This document shows positions 24,801 through 37,200 of a DNA stretch of 64,000 nucleotides, one piece after another; the first letter of the stretch is position 1, and each line of letters starts with the position of its first letter. Both the position numbers and the translations under genes were made by a program. Under the pieces are notes generated by a model, which worked only from the letters and a program-made list of their open reading frames with translations, ran no database searches and had not been told where the DNA came from. Source of the stretch: Eledone cirrhosa (Eukaryota); contig OZ024743.1 of NCBI GenBank assembly GCA_964016885.1, forward strand, positions 5,828,001-5,892,000. Direction: 5' to 3'.

Positions 24801-27687
24801 GTTAGTCAGTGTTTTCTTAGCCAAGCAGTTAAAACACACCTCTAGCTCCCAGTAGTCTGTTAGTCAGTGTCACCTTAGCCTAGCAGTTAAAACACACCTC
24901 TAGACCCCAGTAGTCTGTTAGTCAGTGTCACCTTAGCTGAGCAGTTAAAACACACCTCTAGACCCCAGTAGTCTGTTAGTCAGTGTCACCTTAGCCTAGC
25001 AGTTAAAACACACCTCTAGCTCCCAGTAGTCTGTTAGTCAGTGTCACCTTAGCCTAGCAGTTAAAACACACCTCTAGCCCCCAGTAGTCTGTTAGTCAGT
25101 GTTGTCTTAGCTGAGCAGTCAAAACACACCTCTAGACCTGAGTAGTCTGTTAGTCAGTGTCACCTTAGCCAAGCAGTTAAAACACACCTCTAGCCCCCAG
25201 TAGTCTGTTAGTCAGTGTTGTCTTAGCTGAGCAGTTAAAACACACCTCTAGCCCCCAGTAGTCTGTTAGTCAGTGTTGTCTTAGCTGAGCAGTCACAACA
25301 CACCTCTAGCCCCCAGTAGTCTGTTAGTCAGTATCACCTTAGCTGAGCAGTTAAAACACACCTTTAGACCCCAGTAGTCTGTTAGTCAGTATCACCTTAG
25401 CTGAGCAGTTAAAACACACCTCTAGACCCCAGTAGTCTGTTAGTCAGTGTTGTCTTAGCCAAGCAGTTAAAACACATCTCTAGCCCCCAGTAGTCTGTTA
25501 GTCAGTGTTGTCTTAGCCAAGCAGTTAAAACACACCTCTAGCTCCCAGTAGTCTGTTAGTCAGTGTTGTCTTAGCCAAGCAGTTAAAACACACCTCTAGC
25601 CCCCAGTAGTCTGTTAGTCAGTGTCACCTTAGCCAAGCAGTTAAAACACACCTCTAGACCCCAGTAGTCTGTTAGTCAGTGTTGTCTTAGCCAAGCAGTT
25701 AAAACACATCTCTAGCTCCCAGTAGTCTGTTAGTCAGTGTCACCTTAGCCAAGCAGTTAAAACACACCTCTAGACCCCAGTAGTCTGTTAGTCAGTATCA
25801 CCTTAGCTGAGCAGTTAAAACACACCTCTAGCCCCCAGTAGTCTGTTAGTCAGTGTTGTCTTAGCCAAGCAGTCAAAACACACCTCTAGCCCCCAGTAGT
25901 CTGTTAGTCAGTGTTGTCTTAGCCAAGCAGCCAAAACACACCTCTAGACCCCAGTAGTCTGTTAGTCAGTGTTGTCTTAGCTGAGCAGTCAAAACACACC
26001 TCTAGACCCCAGTAGTCTGTTAGTCAGTGTCACCTTAGCCAAGCAGTTAAAACACACCTCTAGACCCCAGTAGTCTGTTAGTCAGTGTTGTCTTAGCCAA
26101 GCAGTTAAAACACCTCTCTAGCCCCCAGTAGTCTGTTAGTCAGTGTTGTCTTAGCCAAGCAGTCAAAACACACCTCTAGACCCCAGTAGTCTGTTAGTCA
26201 GTGTTGTCTTAGCCAAACAGTCACAACACACCTCTAGACCCCAGTAGTCTGTTAGTCAGTGTTGTCTTAGCCAAGCAGTCACAACACACCTCTAGACCCC
26301 AGTAGTCTGTTAGTCAGTGTCACCTTAGCTGAGCAGTTAAAACACACCTCTAGCTCCCAGTAGTCTGTTAGTCAGTATCACCTTAGCCAAGCAGTTAAAA
26401 CACATCTCTAGCCCCAGTAGTCTGTTAGTCAGTGTTGTCTTAGCCAAGCAGTCAAAACACACCTCTAGACCCCAGTAGTCTGTTAGTCAGTGTTGTCTTA
26501 GCTGAGCAGTTAAAACACACCTCTAGCTCCCAGTAGTCTGTTAGTCAGTGTTGTCTTAGCCAAGCGGTTATAACACACCTCTAGACCCCAGTAGTCTGTT
26601 AGTCAGTGTTTTCTTAGCCAAGCAGTTAAAACACACCTCTAGCCCCCAGTAGTCTGTTAGTCAGTGTTGTCTTAGCCAAGCGGTTAAACACACACCTCTA
26701 GACCCCAGTAGTCTGTTAGTCAGTGTTTTCTTAGCCAAGCAGTTAAAACACACCTCTAGCTCCCAGTAGTCTGTTTGTCAGTGTTGTCTTAGCTGAGCAG
26801 TCACAACACACCTCTAGCCCCCAGTAGTCTGTTAGTCAGTATCACCTTAGCTGAGCAGTTAAAACACACCTTTAGACCCCAGTAGTCTGTTAGTCAGTAT
26901 CACCTTAGCTGAGCAGTTAAAACACACCTCTAGACCCCAGTAGTCTGTTAGTCAGTGTTGTCTTAGCCAAGCAGTTAAAACACATCTCTAGCCCCCAGTA
27001 GTCTGTTAGTCAGTGTTGTCTTAGCCAAGCAGTTAAAACACACCTCTAGCCCCCAGTAGTCTGTTAGTCAGTGTCACCTTAGCCAAGCAGTTAAAACACA
27101 CCTCTAGACCCCAGTAGTCTCTTAGTCAGTGTTGTCTTAGCCAAGCAGTTAAAACACACCTCTAGCTCCCAGTAGTCTGTTTGTCAGTGTTGTCTTAGCT
27201 GAGCAGTCACAACACACCTCTAGCCCCCAGTAGTCTGTTAGTCAGTATCACCTTAGCTGAGCAGTTAAAACACACCTTTAGACCCCAGTAGTCTGTTAGT
27301 CAGTATCACCTTAGCTGAGCAGTTAAAACACACCTCTAGACCCCAGTAGTCTGTTAGTCAGTGTTGTCTTAGCCAAGCAGTTAAAACACATCTCTAGCCC
27401 CCAGTAGTCTGTTAGTCAGTGTTGTCTTAGCCAAGCAGTTAAAACACACCTCTAGCTCCCAGTAGTCTGTTAGTCAGTGTTGTCTTAGCCAAGCAGTTAA
27501 AACACACCTCTAGCCCCCAGTAGTCTGTTAGTCAGTGTCACCTTAGCCAAGCAGTTAAAACACACCTCTAGACCCCAGTAGTCTGTTAGTCAGTGTTGTC
27601 TTAGCCAAGCAGTTAAAACACCTCTCTAGCCCCCAGTAGTCTGTTAGTCAGTGTTGTCTTAGCCAAGCAGTCAAAACACACCTCTAG
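18876..27687. repeat. Tandem duplication of a 4523-bp block (78 monomers)
   Basis: Markers CACACGTC (18926/23449), GTCATTG (20170/24693) and ACACCTCTCTAG (21591/26114 and 23099/27622) are all offset by 4523 = 78 x 58 - 1. Confidence 0.93.
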
Positions 27688-30600
27688 ACCCCAGTAGTCT
27701 GTTAGTCAGTGTTGTCTTAGCCAAACAGTCACAACACACCTCTAGACCCCAGTAGTTTGTTAGTCAGTGTTGTCTTAGCCAAGCAGTCACAACACACCTC
27801 TAGACCCCAGTAGTCTGTTAGTCAGTGTCACCTTAGCTGAGCAGTTAAAACACACCTCTAGCTCCCAGTAGTCTGTTAGTCAGTATCACCTTAGCCAAGC
27901 AGTTAAAACACATCTCTAGACCCCAGTAGTCTGTTAGTGAGTGTTGTCTTAGCCAAGCAGTTAAAACACACCTCTAGACCCCAGTAGTCTGTTAGTCAGT
28001 GTTGTCTTAGCCAAGCAGTTAAAACACACCTCTAGACCCCAGTAGTCTGTTAGTCAGTGTTGTCTTAGCCAAGCAGTTAAAACACACCTCTAGACCCCAG
28101 TAGTCTGTTAGTCAGTGTTGTCTTAGCCAAGCGGTTAAAACACACCTCTAGACCCCAGTAGTCTGTTAGTCAGTGTTGTCTTAGCTGAGCAGTCACAACA
28201 CACCTCTAGACCCCAGTAGTCTGTTAGTCAGTATCACCTTAGCTGAGCAGTTAAAACACACCTCTAGCTCCCAGTAGTCTGTTAGTCAGTGTTGTCTTAG
28301 CCAAGCGGTTATAACACACCTCTAGACCCCAGTAGTCTGTTAGTCAGTGTTTTCTTAGCCAAGCAGTTAAAACACACCTCTAGCCCCCAGTAGTCTGTTA
28401 GTCAGTGTTGTCTTAGCCAAGCGGTTAAACACACACCTCTAGACCCCAGTAGTCTGTTAGTCAGTGTTTTCTTAGCCAAGCTGTTAAAACACACCTCTAG
28501 CTCCCAGTAGTCTGTTTGTCAGTGTTGTCTTAGCTGAGCAGTCACAACACACCCCTAGCCCCCAGTAGTCTGTTAGTCAGTATCACCTTAGCTGAGCAGT
28601 TAAAACACACTTTTAGACCCCAGTAGTCTGTTAGTCAGTGTTGTCTTAGCTGAGCAGTCACAACACACCTCTAGCCCCCAGTAGTCTGTTAGTCAGTATC
28701 ACCTTAGCTGAGCAGTTAAAACACACCTTTAGACCCCAGTAGTCTGTTAGTCAGTATCACCTTAGCTGAGCAGTTAAAACACACCTCTAGACCCCAGTAG
28801 TCTGTTAGTCAGTGTTGTCTTAGCCAAGCAGTTAAAACACATCTCTAGCCCCCAGTAGTCTGTTAGTCAGTGTTGTCTTAGCCAAGCAGTTAAAACACAC
28901 CTCTAGCTCCCAGTAGTCTGTTAGTCAGTGTTGTCTTAGCCAAGCAGTTAAAACACACCTCTAGCCCCCAGTAGTCTGTTAGTCAGTGTCACCTTAGCCA
29001 AGCAGTTAAAACACACCTCTAGACCCCAGTAGTCTGTTAGTCAGTGTTGTCTTAGCCAAGCAGTTAAAACACATCTCTAGCTCCCAGTAGTCTGTTAGTC
29101 AGTGTCACCTTAGCCAAGCAGTTAAAACACACCTCTAGACCCCAGTAGTCTGTTAGTCAGTATCACCTTAGCTGAGCAGTTAAAACACACCTCTAGCCCC
29201 CAGTAGTCTGTTAGTCAGTGTTGTCTTAGCCAAGCAGTCAAAACACACCTCTAGCCCCCAGTAGTCTGTTAGTCAGTGTTGTCTTAGCCAAGCAGTCAAA
29301 ACACACCTCTAGACCCCAGTAGTCTGTTAGTCAGTGTTGTCTTAGCTGAGCAGTCAAAACACACCTCTAGACCCCAGTAGTCTGTTAGTCAGTGTCACCT
29401 TAGCCAAGCAGTTAAAACACACCTCTAGACCCCAGTAGTCTGTTAGTCAGTGTTGTCTTAGCCAAGCAGTTAAAACACCTCTCTAGCCCCCAGTAGTCTG
29501 TTAGTCAGTGTTGTCTTAGCCAAGCAGTCAAAACACACCTCTAGACCCCAGTAGTCTGTTAGTCAGTGTTGTCTTAGCCAAACAGTCACAACACACCTCT
29601 AGACCCCAGTAGTCTGTTAGTCAGTGTTGTCTTAGCCAAGCAGTCACAACACACCTCTAGACCCCAGTAGTCTGTTAGTCAGTGTCACCTTAGCTGAGCA
29701 GTTAAAACACACCTCTAGCTCCCAGTAGTCTGTTAGTCAGTATCACCTTAGCCAAGCAGTTAAAACACATCTCTAGACCCCAGTAGTCTGTTAGTCAGTG
29801 TTGTCTTAGCCAAGCAGTTAAAACACACCTCTAGACCCCAGTAGTCTGTTAGTCAGTGTTGTCTTAGCCAAGCAGTTAAAACACACCTCTAGACCCCAGT
29901 AGTCTGTTAGTCAGTGTTGTCTTAGCCAAGCGGTTAAAACACACCTCTAGACCCCAGTAGTCTGTTAGTCAGTGTTGTCTTAGCTGAGCAGTCACAACAC
30001 ACCTCTAGACCCCAGTAGTCTGTTAGTCAGTATCACCTTAGCTGAGCAGTTAAAACACACCTCTAGCTCCCAGTAGTCTGTTAGTCAGTGTTGTCTTAGC
30101 CAAGCGGTTATAACACACCTCTAGACCCCAGTAGTCTGTTAGTCAGTGTTTTCTTAGCCAAGCAGTTAAAACACACCTCTAGCCCCCAGTAGTCTGTTAG
30201 TCAGTGTTGTCTTAGCCAAGCGGTTAAACACACACCTCTAGACCCCAGTAGTCTGTTAGTCAGTGTTTTCTTAGCCAAGCAGTTAAAACACACCTCTAGC
30301 TCCCAGTAGTCTGTTTGTCAGTGTTGTCTTAGCTGAGCAGTCACAACACACCTCTAGACCCCAGTAGTCTGTTAGTCAGTATCACCTTAGCTGAGCAGTT
30401 AAAACACACCTTTAGACCCCAGTAGTCTGTTAGTCAGTATCACCTTAGCTGAGCAGTTAAAACACACCTCTAGACCCCAGTAGTCTGTTAGTCAGTGTTG
30501 TCTTAGCCAAGCAGTTAAAACACATCTCTAGCCCCCAGTAGTCTGTTAGTCAGTGTTGTCTTAGCCAAGCAGTTAAAACACACCTCTAGCTCCCAGTAGT

Positions 30601-33600
30601 CTGTTAGTCAGTGTTGTCTTAGCCAAGCAGTTAAAACACACCTCTAGCCCCCAGTAGTCTGTTAGTCAGTGTCACCTTAGCCAAGCAGTTAAAACACACC
30701 TCTAGACCCCAGTAGTCTGTTAGTCAGTGTTGTCTTAGCCAAGCAGTTAAAACACACCTCTAGCTCCCAGTAGTCTGTTTGTCAGTGTTGTCTTAGCTGA
30801 GCAGTCACAACACACCTCTAGCCCCCAGTAGTCTGTTAGTCAGTATCACCTTAGCTGAGCAGTTAAAACACACCTTTAGACCCCAGTAGTCTGTTAGTCA
30901 GTATCACCTTAGCTGAGCAGTTAAAACACACCTCTAGACCCCAGTAGTCTGCTAGTCAGTGTTGTCTTAGCCAAGCAGTTAAAACACATCTCTAGCCCCC
31001 AGTAGTCTGTTAGTCAGTGTTGTCTTAGCCAAGCAGTTAAAACACACCTCTAGCTCCCAGTAGTCTGTTAGTCAGTGTTGTCTTAGCCAAGCAGTTAAAA
31101 CACACCTCTAGCCCCCAGTAGTCTGTTAGTCAGTGTCACCTTAGCCAAGCAGTTAAAACACACCTCTAGACCCCAGTAGTCTGTTAGTCAGTGTTGTCTT
31201 AGCCAAGCAGTTAAAACACCTCTCTAGCCCCCAGTAGTCTGTTAGTCAGTGTTGTCTTAGCCAAGCAGTCAAAACACACCTCTAGACCCCAGTAGTCTGT
31301 TAGTCAGTGTTGTCTTAGCCAAACAGTCACAACACACCTCTAGACCCCAGTAGTCTGTTAGTCAGTGTTGTCTTAGCCAAGCAGTCACAACACACCTCTA
31401 GACCCCAGTAGTCTGTTAGTCAGTGTCACCTTAGCTGAGCAGTTAAAACACACCTCTAGCTCCCAGTAGTCTGTTAGTCAGTATCACCTTAGCCAAGCAG
31501 TTAAAACACATCTCTAGACCCCAGTAGTCTGTTAGTCAGTGTTGTCTTAGCCAAGCAGTTAAAACACACCTCTAGACCCCAGTAGTCTGTTAGTCAGTGT
31601 TGTCTTAGCCAAGCAGTTAAAACACACCTCTAGACCCCAGCAGTCTGTTAGTCAGTGTTGTCTTAGCCAAGCGGTTAAAACACACCTCTAGACCCCAGTA
31701 GTCTGTTAGTCAGTGTTGTCTTAGCTGAGCAGTCACAACACACCTCTAGACCCCAGTAGTCTGTTAGTCAGTATCACCTTAGCTGAGCAGTTAAAACACA
31801 CCTCTAGCTCCCAGTAGTCTGTTAGTCAGTGTTGTCTTAGCCAAGCGGTTATAACACACCTCTAGACCCCAGTAGTCTGTTAGTCAGTGTTTTCTTAGCC
31901 AAGCAGTTAAAACACACCTCTAGCCCCCAGTAGTCTGTTAGTCAGTGTTGTCTTAGCCAAGCGGTTAAACACACACCTCTAGACCCCAGTAGTCTGTTAG
32001 TCAGTGTTTTCTTAGCCAAGCAGTTAAAACACACCTCTAGCTCCCAGTAGTCTGTTTGTCAGTGTTGTCTTAGCTGAGCAGTCACAACACACCTCTAGCC
32101 CCCAGTAGTCTGTTAGTCAGTATCACCTTAGCTAAGCAGTTAAAACACACCTTTAGACCCCAGTAGTCTGTTAGTCAGTATCACCTTAGCTGAGCAGTTA
32201 AAACACACCTCTAGACCCCAGTAGTCTGTTAGTCAGTGTTGTCTTAGCCAAGCAGTTAAAACACATCTCTAGCCCCCAGTAGTCTGTTAGTCAGTGTTGT
32301 CTTAGCCAAGCAGTTAAAACACACCTCTAGCTCCCAGTAGTCTGTTAGTCAGTGTTGTCTTAGCCAAGCAGTTAAAACACACCTCTAGCCCCCAGTAGTC
32401 TGTTAGTCAGTGTCACCTTAGCCAAGCAGTTAAAACACACCTCTAGACCCCAGTAGTCTGTTAGTCAGTGTTGTCTTAGCCAAGCAGTTAAAACACATCT
32501 CTAGCTCCCAGTAGTCTGTTAGTCAGTGTCACCTTAGCCAAGCAGTTAAAACACACCTCTAGACCCCAGTAGTCTGTTAGTCAGTATCACCTTAGCTGAG
32601 CAGTTAAAACACACCTCTAGCCCCCAGTAGTCTGTTAGTCAGTGTTGTCTTAGCCAAGCAGTCAAAACACACCTCTAGCCCCCAGTAGTCTGTTAGTCAG
32701 TGTTGTCTTAGCCAAGCAGTCAAAACACACCTCTAGACCCCAGTAGTCTGTTAGTCAGTGTTGTCTTAGCCAAGCAGTCAAAACACACCTCTAGACCCCA
32801 GTAGTCTGTTAGTCAGTGTCACCTTAGCCAAGCAGTTAAAACACACCTCTAGACCCCAGTAGTCTGTTAGTCAGTGTTGTCTTAGCCAAGCAGTTAAAAC
32901 ACCTCTCTAGCCCCCAGTAGTCTGTTAGTCAGTGTTGTCTTAGCCAAGCAGTCAAAACACACCTCTAGACCCCAGTAGTCTGTTAGTCAGTGTTGTCTTA
33001 GCCAAGCAGTCACAACACACCTCTAGACCCCAGTAGTCTGTTAGTCAGTGTCACCTTAGCTGAGCAGTTAAAACACACCTCTAGCTCCCAGTAGTCTGTT
33101 AGTCAGTATCACCTTAGCCAAGCAGTTAAAACACATCTCTAGACCCCAGTAGTCTGTTAGTCAGTGTTGTCTTAGCCAAGCAGTTAAAACACACCTCTAG
33201 ACCCCAGTAGTCTGTTAGTCAGTGTTGTCTTAGCCAAGCGGTTAAAACACACCTCTAGACCCCAGTAGTCTGTTAGTCAGTGTTGTCTTAGCTGAGCAGT
33301 CACAACACACCTCTAGACCCCAGTAGTCTGTTAGTCAGTATCACCTTAGCTGAGCAGTTAAAACACACCTCTAGCTCCCAGTAGTCTGTTAGTCAGTGTT
33401 GTCTTAGCCAAGCGGTTATAACACACCTCTAGACCCCAGTAGTCTGTTAGTCAGTGTTTTCTTAGCCAAGCAGTTAAAACACACCTCTAGCCCCCAGTAG
33501 TCTGTTAGTCAGTGTTGTCTTAGCCAAGCGGTTAAACACACACCTCTAGACCCCAGTAGTCTGTTAGTCAGTGTTGTCTTAGCCAAGCAGTTAAAACACA
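26100..33600. repeat. Variable-length higher-order repeat of 26-32 monomers (about 1.5-1.9 kb)
   Basis: The ACACCTCTCTAG marker occurs at 26114, 27622, 29479, 31220 and 32903 (spacings 1508, 1857, 1741, 1683). Each block carries one +1 bp TTAAACACACACC unit. Confidence 0.85.
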
Positions 33601-34299
33601 CCTCTAGCTCCCAGTAGTCTGTTTGTCAGTGTTGTCTTAGCTGAGCAGTTAAAACACACCTCTAGACCCCAGTAGTCTGTTAGTCAGTGTTGTCTTAGCC
33701 AAGCATTTAAAACACACCTCTAGACCCCAGTAGTCTGTTAGTCAGTGTTTTCTTAGCCAAGCAGTTGAAACACACCTCTAGACCCCAGTAGTCTGTTAGT
33801 CAGCGTTGTCTTAGCCAAGCAGTCACAACACACCTCTAGCCCCCAGTAGTCTGTTAGTCAGTATCACCTTAGCTGAGCAGTTAAAACACACCTCTAGACC
33901 ACAGTAGTCTGTTAGTCATTGTCACCTTAGCCAAGCAGTTAAAACACACCTCTAGCCCCCAGTAGTCTGTTAGTCAGTGTTTTCTCAGCTGAGCAGTCAA
34001 AACACACCTCTAGCCCCCAGTAGTCTGTTAGTCAGTGTTGTCTTAGCCAAGCAGTTAAAACACATCTCTAGCCCCAGTAGTCTGTTAGTCAGTGTCACCT
34101 TAGCCAAGCAGTTAAAACACACCTCTAGCCCCCAGTAGTCTGTTAGTCAGTGTTGTCTTAGCCAAGCAGTTAAAACACACCTCTAGCCTCGAGTAGTCTG
34201 TTAGTCAGTGTTGTCTTAGCTGAGCAGTTAAAACACACCTCTAGCCCCCAGTAGTCTGTTAGTCAGTGTCACCTTAGCCAAGCAGTTAAAACACACCTC

Positions 34300-37200
34300 T
34301 AGCCCCCAGTAGTCTGTTAGTCAGTGTCACCTTAGCCAAGCAGTTAAAACACACCTCTAGACCCCAGTAGTCTGTTAGTCAGTGTTGTCTTAGCCAAGCA
34401 GTCAAAACACACCTCTAGCCCCCAGTAGTCTGTTAGTCAGTGTTGTCTTAGCCAAGCAGTCAAAACACACCTCTAGCTCCCAGTAGTCTGTTAGTCAGTG
34501 TTGTCTTAGCCAAGCAGTTAAAACACACCTCTAGCCCCCAGTAGTCTGTTAGTCAGTGTCACCTTAGCCAAGCAGTTAAAACACATCTCTAGCTCCCAGT
34601 AGTCTGTTAGTCAGTGTTGTCTTAGCCAAGCAGTCAAAACACACCTCTAGCCCCCAGTAGTCTGTTAGTCAGTGTTGTCTTAGCCAAGCAGTTAAAACAC
34701 ATCTCTAGCCCCCAGTAGTCTGTTAGTCAGTGTTGTCTTAGCCAAGCAGTTAAAACACACCTCTAGCTCCCAGTAGTCTGTTAGTCAGTGTTGTCTTAGA
34801 CAAGCAGTTAAAACACACCTCTAGCCCCCAGTAGTCTGTTAGTCAGTGTCACCTTAGCCAAGCAGTTAAAACACACCTCTCGACCCCAGTAGTCTGTTAG
34901 TCAGTGTTGTCTTAGCCAAGCAGTTAAAACACATCTCTAGCTTCCAGTAGTCTGTTAGTCAGTGTCACCTTAGCTGAGCAGTTAAAACACACCTCTAGAC
35001 CCCAGTAGTCTGTTAGTCAGTGTTGTCTTAGCCAAGCAGTTAAAACACACCTCTAGCCCCCAGTAGTCTGTTAGTCAGTATCACCTTAGCTGAGCAGTTA
35101 AAACACACCTCTAGCCCCCAGTAGTCTGTTAGTCAGTGTTGTCTTAGCCAAGCAGTCAAAACACACCTCTAGCCCCCAGTAGTCTGTTAGTCAGTGTTGT
35201 CTTAGCCAAGCAGTCAAAACACACCTCTAGACCCCAGTAGTCTGTTAGTCAGTGTTGTCTTAGCCAAGCAGTCAAAACACACCTCTAGACCCCAGTAGTC
35301 TGTTAGTCAGTGTCACCTTAGCCAAGCAGTTAAAACACACCTCTAGCCCCTAGTAGTCTGTTAGTCAGTGTTGTCTTAGCCAAGCAGTTAAAACACATCT
35401 CTAGCCCCTAGTAGTCTGTTAGTCAGTGTTGTCTTAGCCAGGCAGTCAAAACACACCTCTAGACCCCAGTAGTCTGTTAATCAGTGTTGTCTTAGCCAAG
35501 CAGTCACAACACACCTCTAGACCCCAGTAGTCTGTTAGTCAGTGTCACCTTAGCTGATCAGTTAAAACACACCTCTAGCTCCCAGTAGTCTGTTAGTCAG
35601 TATCACCTTAGCCAAGCAGTTAAAACACATCTCTAGACCCCAGTAGTCTGTTAGTCAGTTTTGTCTTAGCTGAGCAGTCACAACACACCTCTAGACCCCA
35701 GTAGTCTGTTAGTCAGTATCACCTTAGCTGAGCAGTTAAAACACACCTCTAGCCCCCAGTAGTCTGTTAGTCAGTGTTGTCTTAGCCAAGCGGTGAAAAC
35801 ACACCTCTAGACCCCAGTAGTCTGTTAGTCAGTGTTTTCTTAGCCAAGCAGTTAAAACACACCTCTAGCTCCCAGTAGTCTGTTTGTCTGTGTTGTCTTA
35901 GCTGAGCAGTTAAAACACACCTCTAGACCCCAGTAGTCTGTTAGTCAGTGTTGTCTTAGCCAAGCAGTTAAAACACACCTCTAGACCCCAGTAGTCTGTT
36001 AGTCAGTGTTTTCTTAGCCAAGCAGTTAAAACACATCTCTAGACCCCAGTAGTCTGTTAGTCAGCGTTGTCTTAGCCAAGCAGTCACAACACACCTCTAG
36101 CCCCCAGTAGTCTGTTAGTCAGTATCACCTTAGCTGAGCAGTTAAAACACACCTCTAGACCCCAGTAGTCTGTTAGTCATTGTCACCTTAGCCAAGCAGT
36201 TAAAACACACCTCTAGCCCCCAGTAGTCTGTTAGTCAGTGTTTTCTCAGCTGAGCAGTCAAAACACACCTCTAGCCCCCAGTAGTCTGTTGGTCAGTGTT
36301 TTCTCAGCTGAGCAGTCAAAACACACCTCTAGCCCCCAGTAGTCTGTTAGTCAGTGTTGTCTTAGCCAAGCAGTTAAAACACATCTCTAGCCCCAGTAGT
36401 CTGTTAGTCAGTGTAACCTTAGCCAAGCAGTTAAAACACACCTCTAGCCCCCAGTAGTCTGTTAGTCAGTGTTGTCTTAGCTGAGTAGTTAAAACACACC
36501 TCTTGCCCCGAGTAGTCTGTTAGTCAGTGTTGTCTTAGCTGAGCAGTTAAAACACACCTGTAGCCCCCAGTAGTCTGTTAGTCAGTGTCACCTTAGCCAA
36601 GCAGTTAAAACACACCTCTAGCTCCCAGTAGTCTGTTAGTCAGTGTTGTCTTAGCTGAGCAGTCAAAACACACCTCTAGACCCCAGTAGTCTGTTAGTCA
36701 GTGTTGTCTTAGCTGAGCAGTCAAAACACACCTCTAGACCCGAGTAGTCTGTTAGTCAGTGTCACCTTAGCCAAGCAGTTAAAACACACCTCTAGCCCCC
36801 AGTAGTCTGTTAGTCAGTGTTGTCTTAGCTGAGCAGTTAAAACACACCTCTAGCCCCCAGTAGTCTGTTAGTCAGTGTTGTCTTAGCTGAGCAGTCACAA
36901 CACACCTCTAGCCCCCAGTAGTCTGTTAGTCAGTATCACCTTAGCTGAGCAGTTAAAACACACCTCTAGACCCCAGTAGTCTGTTAGTCAGTGTTGTCTT
37001 AGCTGAGCAGTTAAAACACACCTCTAGACCCCAGTAGTCTGTTAGTCAGTGTTGTCTTAGCTGAGCAGTTAAAACACACCTCTAGCCCCCAGTAGTCTGT
37101 TAGTCAGTGTTGTCTTAGCTGAGCAGTCACAACACACCTCTAGCCCCCAGTAGTCTGTTAGTCAGTATCACCTTAGCTGAGCAGTTAAAACACACCTCTA

